Part shown: positions 1 through 11,265 of the stretch, one piece after another
How positions within the stretch are numbered: the first letter of the stretch is position 1
Layout of the letters: the number at the start of each line of letters is the position of its first letter
Assembly: GCA_002269645.1 (NCBI GenBank)
Contig: NIVC01003009.1
Location: 1-64,000, forward strand
Direction: 5' to 3'
DNA length: 64,000 nucleotides
DNA from: Macrostomum lignano
Lineage: Eukaryota
Program-made: the position numbers and the translations under genes
The notes under the pieces: model-generated
Database searches by the model: none
The model's input: only the letters and a program-made list of their open reading frames with translations
What the model was told of the DNA's origin: nothing

Positions 1-692
1 CTCAGACGTCGGCGCTGCCGCTGCCGCACTGAGCTCGCTGGACTCGGCAGTTGGTGGCTCGGTGGTTGCTGCGGCCTCGTTGGATGGCAGGGCGCTTGTC
101 TGGCTGGCTCGTCGCAGTCGAGAGACATGCGCTGCTCTGCCTCTGCGCCTGCAGCTCCGGCAGCTGCTCATTCTCTCGCAGGATCTCCTCTGCGTTGCGC
201 AAGAGCTCGCCGGCCGGTGGCTGATCGAGTGGCGGCCTTCCAGACTGCGTCGAGCTCGCATCTGGCCTGCTGGCGGCGGCTGCAGTCGATGGCTCAGCTG
301 TCGGTCAGTCCAAGAAGCTGGCGACACGTAGGCTTCGTTCGGACGATACCGGTGCTCGAGAGAGGGCCGGCAGTCCATCTTTTAGCGCTGGCGCGATTTG
401 CAGCCATATGGCGTGATTATTTGGGTGCACTCACACTAAACTAAACTAGACAACTACTAATGAGAGGAGGCACACAAAGTGCGCTCGCTGAGAGGGTGGG
501 CGACTGCAAGATAAGACTAGGGGTGGGGGGTAGAGATAAAAACAAATGTACAGTGGAATGGAAGGCTAACTAAAGTACTTTTAAGAGCTAAGCTAGGCTA
601 GTCTAACTATTCAACTTCTAATAAGCCTTTCTAGGAAAGGCCTGCAAAAAACTAGAGAATTCTCCTAAGAGTATCCCTCCACGGAAATCTTT
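1..692 (-). mobile_element. 5' part (5' UTR plus start of ORF1) of a second copy of the AlkB-carrying LINE, cut by the window edge
   Basis: 1-692 aligns with 6424-7124 and differs mainly by single-base deletions in homopolymer runs. Homology ends sharply at ...ACGGAAATCTTT (692 and 7124). ORF1 ATG at 408. Confidence 0.9.
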
Positions 693-1261
693 GTTGTTAA
701 AACGAGGTGCCGTCGAAACCGGCGCGGGGTCAGTTCCGAAGAACTCTGCCGCAGTTATATTTTGTATTTGATCGAAAGAATTAAAAATATTTACAAGATT
801 TCGATTTGAATATTTAATACGAATATTGAAATTAAAAATATACATATATAAACTATTTTTCAATATTTTGCAGTATTTTGCACGCATTTGGGATAAAAAA
901 GAGGGGAGGGAAATCCCGCACAAAGAAGGGATCTAATAAAAGCAGGACATCTAAAAAATACGTGCTAGATATTTGAAGGCCTATTGAGAATAAAAGCAAG
1001 ACATTTAAGTAAAAAAAAATAGAGATTAAAAATGCAATAGCGCATATTTGAATTTAGTTGTAAAAATAGAATGAATATAGTAAAGGTGTAAAAAGCAATT
1101 AGTGATATTTGTAGAGCAGTTGGGTAAAAAACACAGTTGGGAAAATTGTAAAAAGAAACGCGAGGAGACATAGAGATTACCTAATCAGTCCTAATGACTG
1201 ATCAACCGATCTCTGTCTCAGGCAGCAAGTTTAGTTTTATTAGTTGCGTTTCAGAGCGTGG

Positions 1262-4050
1262 TCACTTCCGGTTTGGAAGGCTGGTAGCCAGCCTAACCCT
1301 GGGTGGGAATCCCCTGTTTCTTTCCCGACGCCTCATGGCATCCCAGAGGACATTGAGGACAGGGGTTCGGCCCGGAGCCGAGGGCTTCCGGCTCAATGTG
1401 GAAGCTGTGGAGCTTGGCTGCCCTCATCTTGAGCAGCCAAGCCACCCCAGCTGCTTGACCCTGTCTGCGAGCATCGGCATACCTGCCAGCTTGTGCAGGT
1501 ATTCAATGCTGATGTAGGATGGCACACCATAGCAGATACGGAGAGCCAGGTTTTGAATTTTCTGCAATTTGATTTGGTTAGTCGCACAGATTTGGCTCAG
1601 GATTGGCGCTCCGTAGGTGAGAGCGCTTTCTCCGTATGCCCTGTACAGCATTCTGAGGGTGGTGCTACTCAGCTTAGTCATTTTTGCAATTCTGCACAGT
1701 GACATTACAATGGCTCTGCTGGTATCTGCCATGTTGTCCACATGTTTGTTCAGGCAGAGGCTCTGGTCAAGGAGGACACCAGGAATTTCACCTCCTGACA
1801 GTACGGAACCTCAGTGTCCCCAGATACAGTTTGGGTCGCAAGTCCATGCGCCTAGTGGGTTTGTAGTTGAAAGCGATTGCTTTGCTTTTACCGGCATTCA
1901 GTCTAATGCCTTGTTTACCGCACCAGTCAAAGACTCGTCTGAGGTAGCTTTGAAGGGATGTTCGGAGCCCCGCAAAGGTGTCTGCTGAGGCCCAGACGGC
2001 CATGTCGTCTGCGAATTGACTGCGTTTGACGCTTGAGATGGTGGGAGTCGGCATTGAGCTGACGAAGAGGAGGTACAGGAGAGGGCTCAGAATGCCTCCC
2101 TGAGGGACGCCAGCCTGGATGGTGTGGGATCGCTTAGGGCCCCTCGATTCGAACCTGGATCTGTCTGTCTCGCAGGTAGTCAGACAGGATTCGCATGAGC
2201 ATAGGTGGAAAACCATCGGTGAGCATGCTATGCCTGATCTTGTCGTGCCAGGTGGAGTCAAAAGCTGCCTCTGCATCCAGGAAGACTGCAGCGGACTTTT
2301 TAGCTTTGCACTTTGCTACCATGACATCTTGTGCCGACGGCACAGGTTGTCATACGTGGAGTGAATTTTGCGGTAGGCGCATTGGTCATCTCTAGGGTCT
2401 TATTATCCTCAAGGTGCTTGGTGAGTCTTTTTGCTATAAGCTTCTCAAACACTTTGCCCAGACATGAGGTCAGGCTGATTGGTCTGTAGGAGTTGGGGTG
2501 TTCGGCGGTTTGTCCGGCTTGGGGATCATTGTCACCACAGCTTTCTTCCAGGCGCTGGGGAAAATCCCTCGACCGTAGCAGGCGTTGAAGAGGTTAGTGA
2601 GTCTCGTGATTGCCACCCCTCTAAGCCCAGCTTGAGGACGCAGTTGGGAATCTTGTCCAGCCCGGGTGCTCCATCAGGCCTGAGGTGCTCCAGTTCCACA
2701 CTGTGTCTGCCACAGAGAATGCAGCATCAAGTGGGTGGGTCTCAATGGGTTCGATTCCTCAGGAACGGGTAGAATGAGGTGAGCTGTGCCACATCGGCCA
2801 CCTCACGTTTGAGCTGTTCGCATGTGGAAGGGACTGGGCGCATCTTTGAGTCCAGAGTCTCGGCTAGAAGGTTAGCCTTCTCCAGATCTGTGTGCGCAGT
2901 TGTTTGACCCAGGTGAGGCTGGGATCGAGGTTGGCTTAAATTTGCCATCAGCTTTTTAGTGTCATGCCAGAAATTCTTCACTTTCTTGTTCTTGCTGTTT
3001 TCAACAATACTCTCACAGACTTTGGTGAGCTTTCCATTCTGGAAGGAGTTAATTTCTCTCTTTATGCGATTTGCGAGCTGGTTTGCTTGGGTTTTGAAAT
3101 TTTGATCCCGTGTGCTGAAGAAGAGGCGTCTGAGTCGTCTGCGCTCTTTGATCAGGTCGAGGATGTACTTGGTAGGGCGTTTTTGGCACCACAGTCTGGT
3201 ACTGTGGAGTCAATCACGGTGTGAATGGCCTTTGTGATGTGATCCACTTCGGCATTGATTTGGTCAGCATTTGATAATTTAATATTCTGATCTGAGCTCA
3301 AAGCTTCACTGATTTTGAGTCTGAACTCGTCCCAGTTTGTTTTGAGAAGTTTTTGGGTCTGGGGGACCAGCCCATTTCTTCGACTGAATATTGAGCGTGA
3401 GGATTATAGGTAAGTGGTCACTGCCCAGGTCAGGACCCACCTCAAAGTTCTGCACAAATGGGAGAAAGTCCTCAGTGGCCAGGGCGAGGTCCAAGACATT
3501 CCTAGAAATCAGCCCGTTTTTTGGTGGCCAGTCTGGTGAACTGACCGGCTTGATTGAGAATGGTGGGCGAGGTGGGGCCCTCAGACAGCCAGTCGTGCAG
3601 CTGGTAGCCAGCCATGTTGTTGCTGCTGTCACCCCCGAGGAAGCGGTGTCTGGCATTGAGGTCACCCATGAGCACACTGCGCCTACGAGAGAGAAGATTT
3701 TTGAGTAGGTTCAGGTTCAGATGGTACGGTGCTGGAGACCTGTACACCAGAGCGAGATTGAAGTCAGGACCAGAGTTGTCAGACAAGCTCACGGTGCAAG
3801 AGATGGCTTCATGGTTGACATTGTCATACTGCAAGCGCACATTTGTGAGTTTGACGCGAGGAGAGGGCAAGGAGAAGCCCGCGTTTGACTTGCGGGGTAT
3901 CATACCGAATGATGGAGTACCCGGGAATCTGGACAGTGTGACAACTTTTGAGAATGGTCTCAGAAAGAGGGCAATGTCTAGCTCCTGACTGACGACCCAC
4001 TGTGTCAGCTCTCTGATTTTCGGGTTGAATCCCCTGCAGTTTAAATGCAT
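1262..4050 (-). CDS. LINE ORF2: apurinic-like endonuclease plus reverse transcriptase (frameshifted)
   Basis: APE motifs LKIMHLNCRG, MGDLNARH, GSDHLPI. RT motifs AVFLDAEAAFDSTWH, GVPQGGILSPLLYLLF, FADD. C-terminal LYRAY...LTYGAP...KLQKIQNLALR typical of Jockey/I elements. Confidence 0.9.
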
Positions 4051-4136
4051 AATCTTCAGGGCTGTGGTTTGATTGTTTGAGTCTACAGTTAACGCACTGA
4101 AGTTTCAATTCAAGTCTTGAGTTTAGCTGCCTGAGA

Positions 4137-6837
4137 CTAGGACTCAGTGGTCATGCCAGCCATGCCCGGCACTTCCTGGAGTGCAGCCCGCACAATGTCC
4201 TCAACCATTTTACTGGTTGATTCCACAGTGAGGACCTCCCCAGGCGGTCGGGACAGGGCCTGCACAACCACTTGAGTCAGAGAGCGGGTGATCAGGGGCA
4301 ACAGCATGCTCACCACGACATAAAGTCACTAAGCTGCAGCTGCACCGCCTGGCCGGCATCAGCTGACGGAGCAGTCGCATTGACATCAGACTCGGTCTCT
4401 GCCGCCGGAGCGCTCCTGGCATCATCGGTCACGATGACAAGCGGCCGGATCGCGGCGGGTACCGGCACCGTGCGCCTGCCTCGGCGGATCAGCCAGCCGC
4501 TGTCGGAGTCGTCGTCGGCGGCGGCGTCGTCGGTCTCACTTGACACTGGGGCAGCAGCGGCCGCAGCTTCCGCAGCTCGCGCCGCGGCTTTGGCCTCAGC
4601 AGCCGCTCTGGTCGCCTTGTCGTGCTCCGCCTTGGCGACGGTGCAGGCTCGACTGGTGGTTCGGTGCGAGCCGCCGCAGTTGGCGCAGACCGCTGGGCCC
4701 TCGTGCTGGCACTCCTTCCAGGAATGCTGGCCGCCGCAAATCCGGCAGCGCTGCTGCCCCCGACACTGGGCAGCGCGGTGGCCGAACTCCTGGCAGCGCT
4801 GGCATTGCAGAGCGCGGACCGGCTCGTCTGTGCGGCTGTCCTCGCAGTTGAACTTCAAGAAGTCGGTGCAGATGCCATCGCGGAGGCACTTCTCGTAGGT
4901 CATCGCCGACTTTGTGAAGATGCGCACGAACTGGGTTGCCTTCCCAGTCGCTCTGGCTCGGATTCTGTGGACGCTGACAATGTCCAGCTTGAGCGTGCCG
5001 CGCAACAGGGTCGCGAAGTCAGCCTCCGAGAATGCGAGGGCACCTCAGTAGCGACGAAGGTGCGTACCGGCTGCTGCTGCACTCTGTCGGGCCCTGTTCT
5101 GTTGTCCAGCGGTCGGGCTCGGGCTGGACGGCGCTTTACGGGATGCTCGAGCAGCTTCTCCTCGCGCAGCGCGCCGCCCAGGAAGACGTTGTAGTCCCGC
5201 TCCGACGCTGGGAACACGAGATAGGCCGGCTGATTCGCCATCGGCGCAGTGTTGACGGCTCTAGCTTCGCCGGCAAAGTTGGTCTGCAGCCAGGCAACGA
5301 ACTGCATCAGCTTGTTGGCCGCGTCCCGGTGCACCTCAAAACGATCGGCGGGATGGCAGCCTGGGGCCTTCTGGGTGGCGCAGGGCGCGCCGCAACCTGC
5401 GCGTAGGGCCGCGCTGCCGCAGCCGCCTGCGCGCTTGTCGCCGAAGCCGCCGCCGCACCGGCCGGCCAGGAAGCCGCCGAAGCCGCCGCCGCACCGGACG
5501 CCGCGCCGCGACCTCCTCGCCTGCCTCGCTGGTGGCCGCCACGGCCGCGCCGACCCGATCGCCTTCGCGGTCTCGCCTCGCCGTCGCCTGCCGCTCCTGG
5601 GGCCTGTCGTCGCCCCGGCCGCCCTGGTCGTCGTCGTGGCCGCCTTGGTCGTCGTCCCGACCGCCTTGGTCGTCGCCGAATGGGCCGCCGTTTAGCGGCT
5701 GGCTGTAGGTCGGGTCATCCGGCAGAGCTCGCTTGCGCCGCAGCTCCGGCTTGGTGACACGGAATGTTAGCGAGATGCGGACGCCATTCTGAGAGTGGGC
5801 GGCGGGCACCTGGTGCTGCAGGCGTTTCTGGCAGTTTCCTGCCATCAGAATCAGCGAGCCTGGCAGCGTTGGAAAGCGGTGCGTCACGTTGCCGTCCCGA
5901 CGGCGCAGCATGAACAGCCGCTCAGCACCGAAGGACACGGTCGCGATCGTCGGCCTGTCGCCGAGCTCATCCTCATCGTCCGAGTGCCAGGGAATCCGGT
6001 CTCCCGGCTCGGTGTAGAAGTTCACCAACACGGAGTTGAACTTCGGGACATCGAACTGGGTATCATGGTAAATGAAGTCACGAATGTCTTTAATTACCTG
6101 ATGCCAGTTTAGATTTTCCTTCAGCTCAACCCCGCTGTAGGTGTACGACGGGCCGATCCAGTAGACGCGGCGCTGCTCACTCGACGATGCTGAAAGGCTT
6201 GAGGCAGCAGGTCGGTGATCAGGCGCTCGTAGACTTGGTCCGCGACCTCGCTCAGGAACTTGGGCGCATAGATGATGGTGCTGTCGCTAGCGTAGATCGT
6301 CTGCTGACAGTCAGTCAAGTCAGGCTCATCAGGGAAGATGATTTGACTGATGTCAGCGTCCAGTTGCTCGGCAGGGGGCTTTGGCAGCGTCGAGGCCTGG
6401 TCTGCAGCCGATTGCTGGCGCTCCTCAGACGTCGGCGCTGCCGCTGCCGCACTGAGCTCGCTGGACTCGGCAGTTGGTGGCTCGGTGGTTGCTGCGGCCT
6501 CGTTGGATGGCAGGGCGCTTGTCTGGCCTGGCTCGTCGCAGTCGAGAGACATGCGCTGCTCTGCCTCTGCGCCTGCAGCCTCCGGCAGCTGCTCATTCTC
6601 TCGCAGGATCTCCTCTGCGTTGCGCAAGAGCTCGCCGGCCGGTGGGCTGATCGAGTGGCGGCCTTCCAGACTGCGTCGAGCTCGCATCAGGCCTGCTGGC
6701 GGCGGGCTCGCAGTCGATGGCTCAGCTGTCGGCGTCAGTCCAAGAAGCTGGCGACCGTAGGCTTCGTTCGGACGATACCGGTGCTCGAGAGAGGGCCGGC
6801 AGTCCATCTTTTTAGCGCTGGCGCGATTTGCAGCCAT
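4137..6837 (-). CDS. LINE ORF1 (about 900 aa reconstructed across frameshifts): low-complexity N-terminus, AlkB domain, gag-like region with three zinc knuckles
   Basis: Track ORFs 6121-6837, 5336-6031, 4900-5334 and 4310-5005 join by frame changes. YAQVAA...AIPPIVL gag-like motif near 5340-5410. Knuckles CQRCQEFGHRAAQC, CRICGGQHSWKEC, CANCGGSHRTTSRAC. Likely stop after MAGMTTES at 4137-4139. Confidence 0.8.
5759..6290 (-). CDS. AlkB-family 2OG-Fe(II) dioxygenase domain (ALKBH2/3-like) inside LINE ORF1
   Basis: RRVYWIGPSYTYSG...FNSVLVNFYTEPGDRIPWHSDDEDELGDRPTIATVSFGAERLFMLR...PGSLILMAGNCQKRLQHQVP...RISLTFR. HxD at 5978-5986, distal His in QHQVP, RxxxxxR ending 5759. One frameshift near 6175-6200. 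Confidence 0.92.
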
Positions 6838-7397
6838 ATGGCGTGATTATTTGGGTACACTCAAACTAAACCTAAACTACAACTAACTAATGAGTCAGGA
6901 GGCACACAAAGTGCGCTCGCTGAGAGGGGTGGGGCGACTGCAAGATAAGACTAGGGGTGGGGTAGAGATAAAAACAAATGTACAGTGGAATGGAAGGCTA
7001 ACTAAAGTACTTTCAAGAGCTAAGCTAGGCTAGTCTAAACTATTCAACTTCCAATAAGCCTTTCTAGGAAAGGCCTGCAAAAACTAGAGAATTCTCCTAA
7101 GAGTATCCCTCCACGGAAATCTTTAGTAAAAGGCGAAAGATTTAATCGTGGAATGAAGAGAAACCAGAGTTGAAGTTAAACAAGTCTGGGTAGCTTTTTT
7201 TATGTAGAAAATTCTGTAACCGCTTTAATTAAACATTCGTTTTCATAAAGCATTCGTTCCTGGAATGCCAATCTCTCTACTGACATAAGTGGAACTATTT
7301 GCGCATGAAAGTTAGTTTTTGTCTAGGCCTACGCAAACTGTTTTTTTCTATGCTGTAGAGAGTGGGAAGGATAGGCAGTAAAATTTCGGTAATTTTT

Positions 7398-8267
7398 TTA
7401 AAACTTCATAGTAAGTCTTTTCTGAAGTAGCCACTGGTTAGCGAGGGTGATGACCTCTTCTTTGGACTCGAAGCGGTGCCCACGGAGTGGCCACTTGAGC
7501 TGACGGAATAGATGAAAATCGGAGGGTGCCAGGTCTGGTGAATAGGCCGGATGTGGGAGGATTTCGAACCCCGCAGTGGTGGCAGCATTCACCGCAACCT
7601 GGGCAGTGTGAGCTGAGGCATTGTCGTGAAGCAGCAAGGGGGCCAGCACTCAGCTTCCCCCGCTTCTTCTGGACCACTGCCTGACGAAACCGGCCCAGCT
7701 GTTCGGAGGACCAGACACCTGTGACAGTGTGCCTAACAGACAGGTACTCGGCGAGCAGGATCCCCTGAAAGTCCCAGAAGAAACAGCCCTGGAATCTCGC
7801 TTAGACACGGGGGTCCATAGTGGCAGATCCAGCACTCATCCCCAGTAATGATTCATCGCTCAAATCCATCCAGGTTCTCATTGTAGAGGTCAGGCAGTAG
7901 TCCCGACGAGAAAGCATTCGGGGCGCTACTGCCTCAACTTTTATGGCTCACCCTGCCACGCTTGAATTCGTTGTAAAGTCGCTCGATGGTGCGCAGAGAG
8001 GGACAAGTTGTGGGGTACAGACTTTATCTTCTCCTCAATTGCAAAATTTAATATGAGGGCTCGGTATTTCTGCTTGTGTGTGCATTTTGCGGAAAATTCA
8101 GGGGGTGCTTAAAGTTCGTGCAGAAAAGATACAGTTAAAAAGACATGAAAAGAAAACACTGCACCCTATAAATTCTATATAAAAGTACTTTAAAAAGCCG
8201 AAAAAAATATTAAAAAAAAGCTTTTGAAATGGCTGAACGGCAAAACTATAGATTTGAACCACCCTCG
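7398..8267 (-). mobile_element. Decayed, internally deleted mariner (DD34D) with one TIR left
   Basis: Fragments CPSLRTIERLYNEFKRGR, IITGDECWICHY, LLLHDNASAH...HPAYSPDLAPSDFHLF, with stops and frameshifts. TIR-like end TA|CGAGGGTGGTTCAAAT at 8252-8269. No second TIR found. Confidence 0.88.
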
Positions 8268-8789
8268 TATTTGACAATTGACAAGACGGACTGACTAATG
8301 GGCGCCCCCCACCCAGTTAATAATTTGGAGTTATTGCGCAACACTTAGTCGTGTTTGAACAGTGTCATGGAATTACGAGCTACATGGTGTATGCTAATAC
8401 CCTATAATTACATATCTTAGCTATGCGTGTATAATATAGGCCATTCTTAACTATTGTTCCAGCCTATAGATTGGCTCACGATCGCTTTCTTTAATCAATC
8501 CAGCTCTTGCCTCAAGTAGTGTCGATTGCCATCATTACAATCAATCTATTGTCAACAATGGTCAGAGCAAACTTATTAGTCGCCTAACTTATTAAAATTA
8601 ATTCTTGTAGTTTCAAGATCTTACGCTTGAGCTGTTGAATTTTAGAAATATGTTGATGAGTTTTAAAATTATTAGAAATTGTTGCTAAGGCGTGTAAGGA
8701 GTAGAACCAGTTGATAAATTCGACTTGGTTGCCACAATGGCGCCACGGTTTGTCTCAGTTCAGCTAATGAGGAATCTCTGAGGAAGCCA

Positions 8790-9505
8790 AGAGAGACAGA
8801 ATTGCAGAGAGACAGAATTGCAGAGAGACAGAATTGCAGAGAGACAGAATTGCAGAGAGACAGAATTGCAGACAGACAGAATTGCAGAGACAGAATTGCA
8901 GAGAGACAGAATCGCAGACAGACAGAATTGCAGACAGATAGAATTGCAGAAATACAGAGTTGCAGACAGACAGAATTGCAGGCAGACAGAATCGCAGACA
9001 GATAGAATTGCAGAAATACAGAGTTGCAGACGGACAGAATCGCAGACAGACAGACTTGCAGACAGATAGAATTGCAGAAATACAGAGTTGCAGACAGACA
9101 GAATTGCAGACAGACAGAATTGCAGACATACAGAATTGCAGACAGACAGAATTGCAGACAGACAGAATTGCAGGCAGACAGAATCGCAGGCAGACAGAAT
9201 TGCAGGCAGACAGAATCGCAGGCAGACAGAATTGCAGACAGACAGAATCGCAGGCAGACAGAATTGCAGACAGACAGAATTGCAGACAGACAGAATTGCA
9301 GACAGACAGAATCTCAGGCAGACAGAATTGCAGACATACAGAATTGCAGACAGAAAAAATTGCAGACAGACAGAATTGCAGACATACAGAATTGCAGACA
9401 GACAGAATCGCAGGCAAACAGAATCGCAGACAGAAGCAGACAGGCGGCACAGAAGCAGACAGGCGGCACAGAAGCAGACAGGCGGCACAGAAGCAGACAG
9501 GCGGC
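8790..9505. repeat. 16-bp minisatellite (GCAGACAGACAGAATT) ending in a few 19-bp units
   Basis: Direct tandem periodicity. Confidence 0.95.
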
Positions 9506-10021
9506 AGAAATTGCACCGCAGCGCAAGGGAAATCCAAGCCGCAATCCGCAGCTCACGCACAGCATCAGCAAAGTTAATTCGGCTTCAGCAGGCGGCCCGT
9601 TTCCATCTAGCTCTATCAAAGCCAGGCACAAATGAAGCCAGCTTGTTGGTGCATAATGAGCTGAGCTCCAATTCTCGTGGGGATTTATCTCCCCCAATAT
9701 ACGCTCGTACATATTTAGCATACAGGACCTATGGGATAATTCCATTCCGGTCTTCGCCCGCGCCTTCCCCACTTGATTTGGCCCCTTCTCCCCTCTCTAA
9801 AAGCCAAATATTGCGCAGGAGGAAGCTTTAGCGGGGTTGACGGGAGGGCCGGAGACAAAAAATAGGTCTTTGTCCCCCCCCGAAATCCCCCGCGCCCAAC
9901 CCGATCCTTGCGAACCCCCCGCCGCCACAGCTTGCCAATTTTCCCTTTCGATCCCGTTTGGCCTCTTTTACTCCTCAACTATTTTTAATCATTTGGCCGC
10001 TTTACTGTTTCACTGGGAATT

Positions 10022-10427
10022 TGCAGCATCTGACACGGATGACACTTACAGCATCTGACACAGATGGACACTTACAGCATCTGACACAGATGGACACTTA
10101 CAGCATCTGACACAGATGGACACTTACAGCATCTGACAAAGATAGACACTTACAGCATCTGACAAAGATAGACACTTACAGCATCTGACACAGATGGACA
10201 CTTACAGCATCTGACACAGATAGACACTTACATCATCTGACACAGATGGACACTTACAGCATCTGACACAGATATGACACTTACAGCATCTGACACTGAT
10301 AGACACTTACAGCATCGGACACAGATGGACACTTACAGCATCTGACAAAGATGGACGCTTACAGCATGACAAAGATGACACTTACAGCATCTGACACAGA
10401 TAGACACTTACAGCATCTGACACAAAT
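10022..10427. repeat. 26-bp minisatellite (GCATCTGACACAGATGGACACTTACA)
   Basis: About 15 tandem units. Confidence 0.95.
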
Positions 10428-10698
10428 GGTTTTCGTAGCGCTTTGATACAGTTTGACATGAATTGGGAATATTTGAGCATCGGATATGTACCGTTTTAAA
10501 AAGCGCTTTGTTTCATTTCATTTGTTTAATGCTATTAAGTACCGATATAGCCATCAAATTTTCCTTTTTGGCTTGTATTATTTTGTGCCAACTTTTCAAA
10601 AAGGATGAAGTCTGAATCTTACTACTGTCAGTAGGTAAAAAGTTATATATAAACATATACTCGTAAATAAACAAATTAACTACTCGTATATACCACAG

Positions 10699-11265
10699 CT
10701 AGACGAAACTAAGCAGCCAGCGCAGACAGACGAGCTGCAGCGAATCGGCAGAGACGGTGCCAGCTGCGAGCACGGCAGGCACCATCGCCGCCAAGTCAGA
10801 CACCGCCGGCATCACAACTATCGCATGCCGCCAGCTGAGGCGCCAATCAAACAACAGCGGCAGCCGCTATTGGAGTCTGACGCAGAAGCAGCTGGAGAGA
10901 GTGCCGACAGAGGCAAGCAGGGCGGAGGAGGTCCGAGTCTTCGACTGCCGACACTTTTCAAGCGTTCGACCAACTCTGCCAGGTGAATAATTTCAACTAC
11001 TGCAAGTAGCATGATGCAGAAAAATCGTTTTTTATACATTCGGTATATTCGCGCGTAAAAATATTGCCAATTATCTTTAAATAGAAGCGTCGCTGCCGCG
11101 GTCGCCGTAGCTTCTGAGCTCGGTGTTCTTAACTCTGAAAGCGGCACCGACTTAGCCGGCTGCGACTGCGACGCTGGCGAGGACTGCGGTCGCCGACAGT
11201 TAGCATTAGCAAAGGACGCCAATGCCTCTGCCGAGCCTGCTCCGAATTTAAATTTTCCGTTTTAA
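10699..11265 (+). CDS. Two probable 3'-terminal coding exons of an unidentified gene (10699-10982, 11085-11265)
   Basis: CACAG acceptor at 10698. Open frame LDETKQPAQTDELQ...PTLFKRSTNSA. 102-nt GT-AG intron in matching phase 2, then SVAAAVAV...NLNFPF* in GC-rich, codon-like sequence. No recognisable domain. Confidence 0.45.

Larger units (their letters stand above)
693..7124 (-). mobile_element. Non-LTR retrotransposon (Jockey-like, I superfamily), about 6.4 kb: ORF1 (AlkB + gag-like zinc knuckles), ORF2 (APE + RT), frameshifted in this assembly
   Basis: Ordered domains on the minus strand: AlkB, three CCHC-type knuckles, APE endonuclease, RT and a Jockey-like C-terminus. No RNase H seen. 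Boundaries come from the homology break with the adjacent copy; the 3' boundary is inferred. Confidence 0.92.

Noticed and set aside
693-760. HDV-like ribozyme at the LINE junction
   Set aside because: I could not fit the nested double pseudoknot by eye; only simple hairpins are supported.
4272-5695. Plus-strand ORFs antisense to LINE ORF1 (for example 4272-4898, 4622-5194, 5249-5695)
   Set aside because: Shadow ORFs of GC-rich coding sequence with no motifs of their own.
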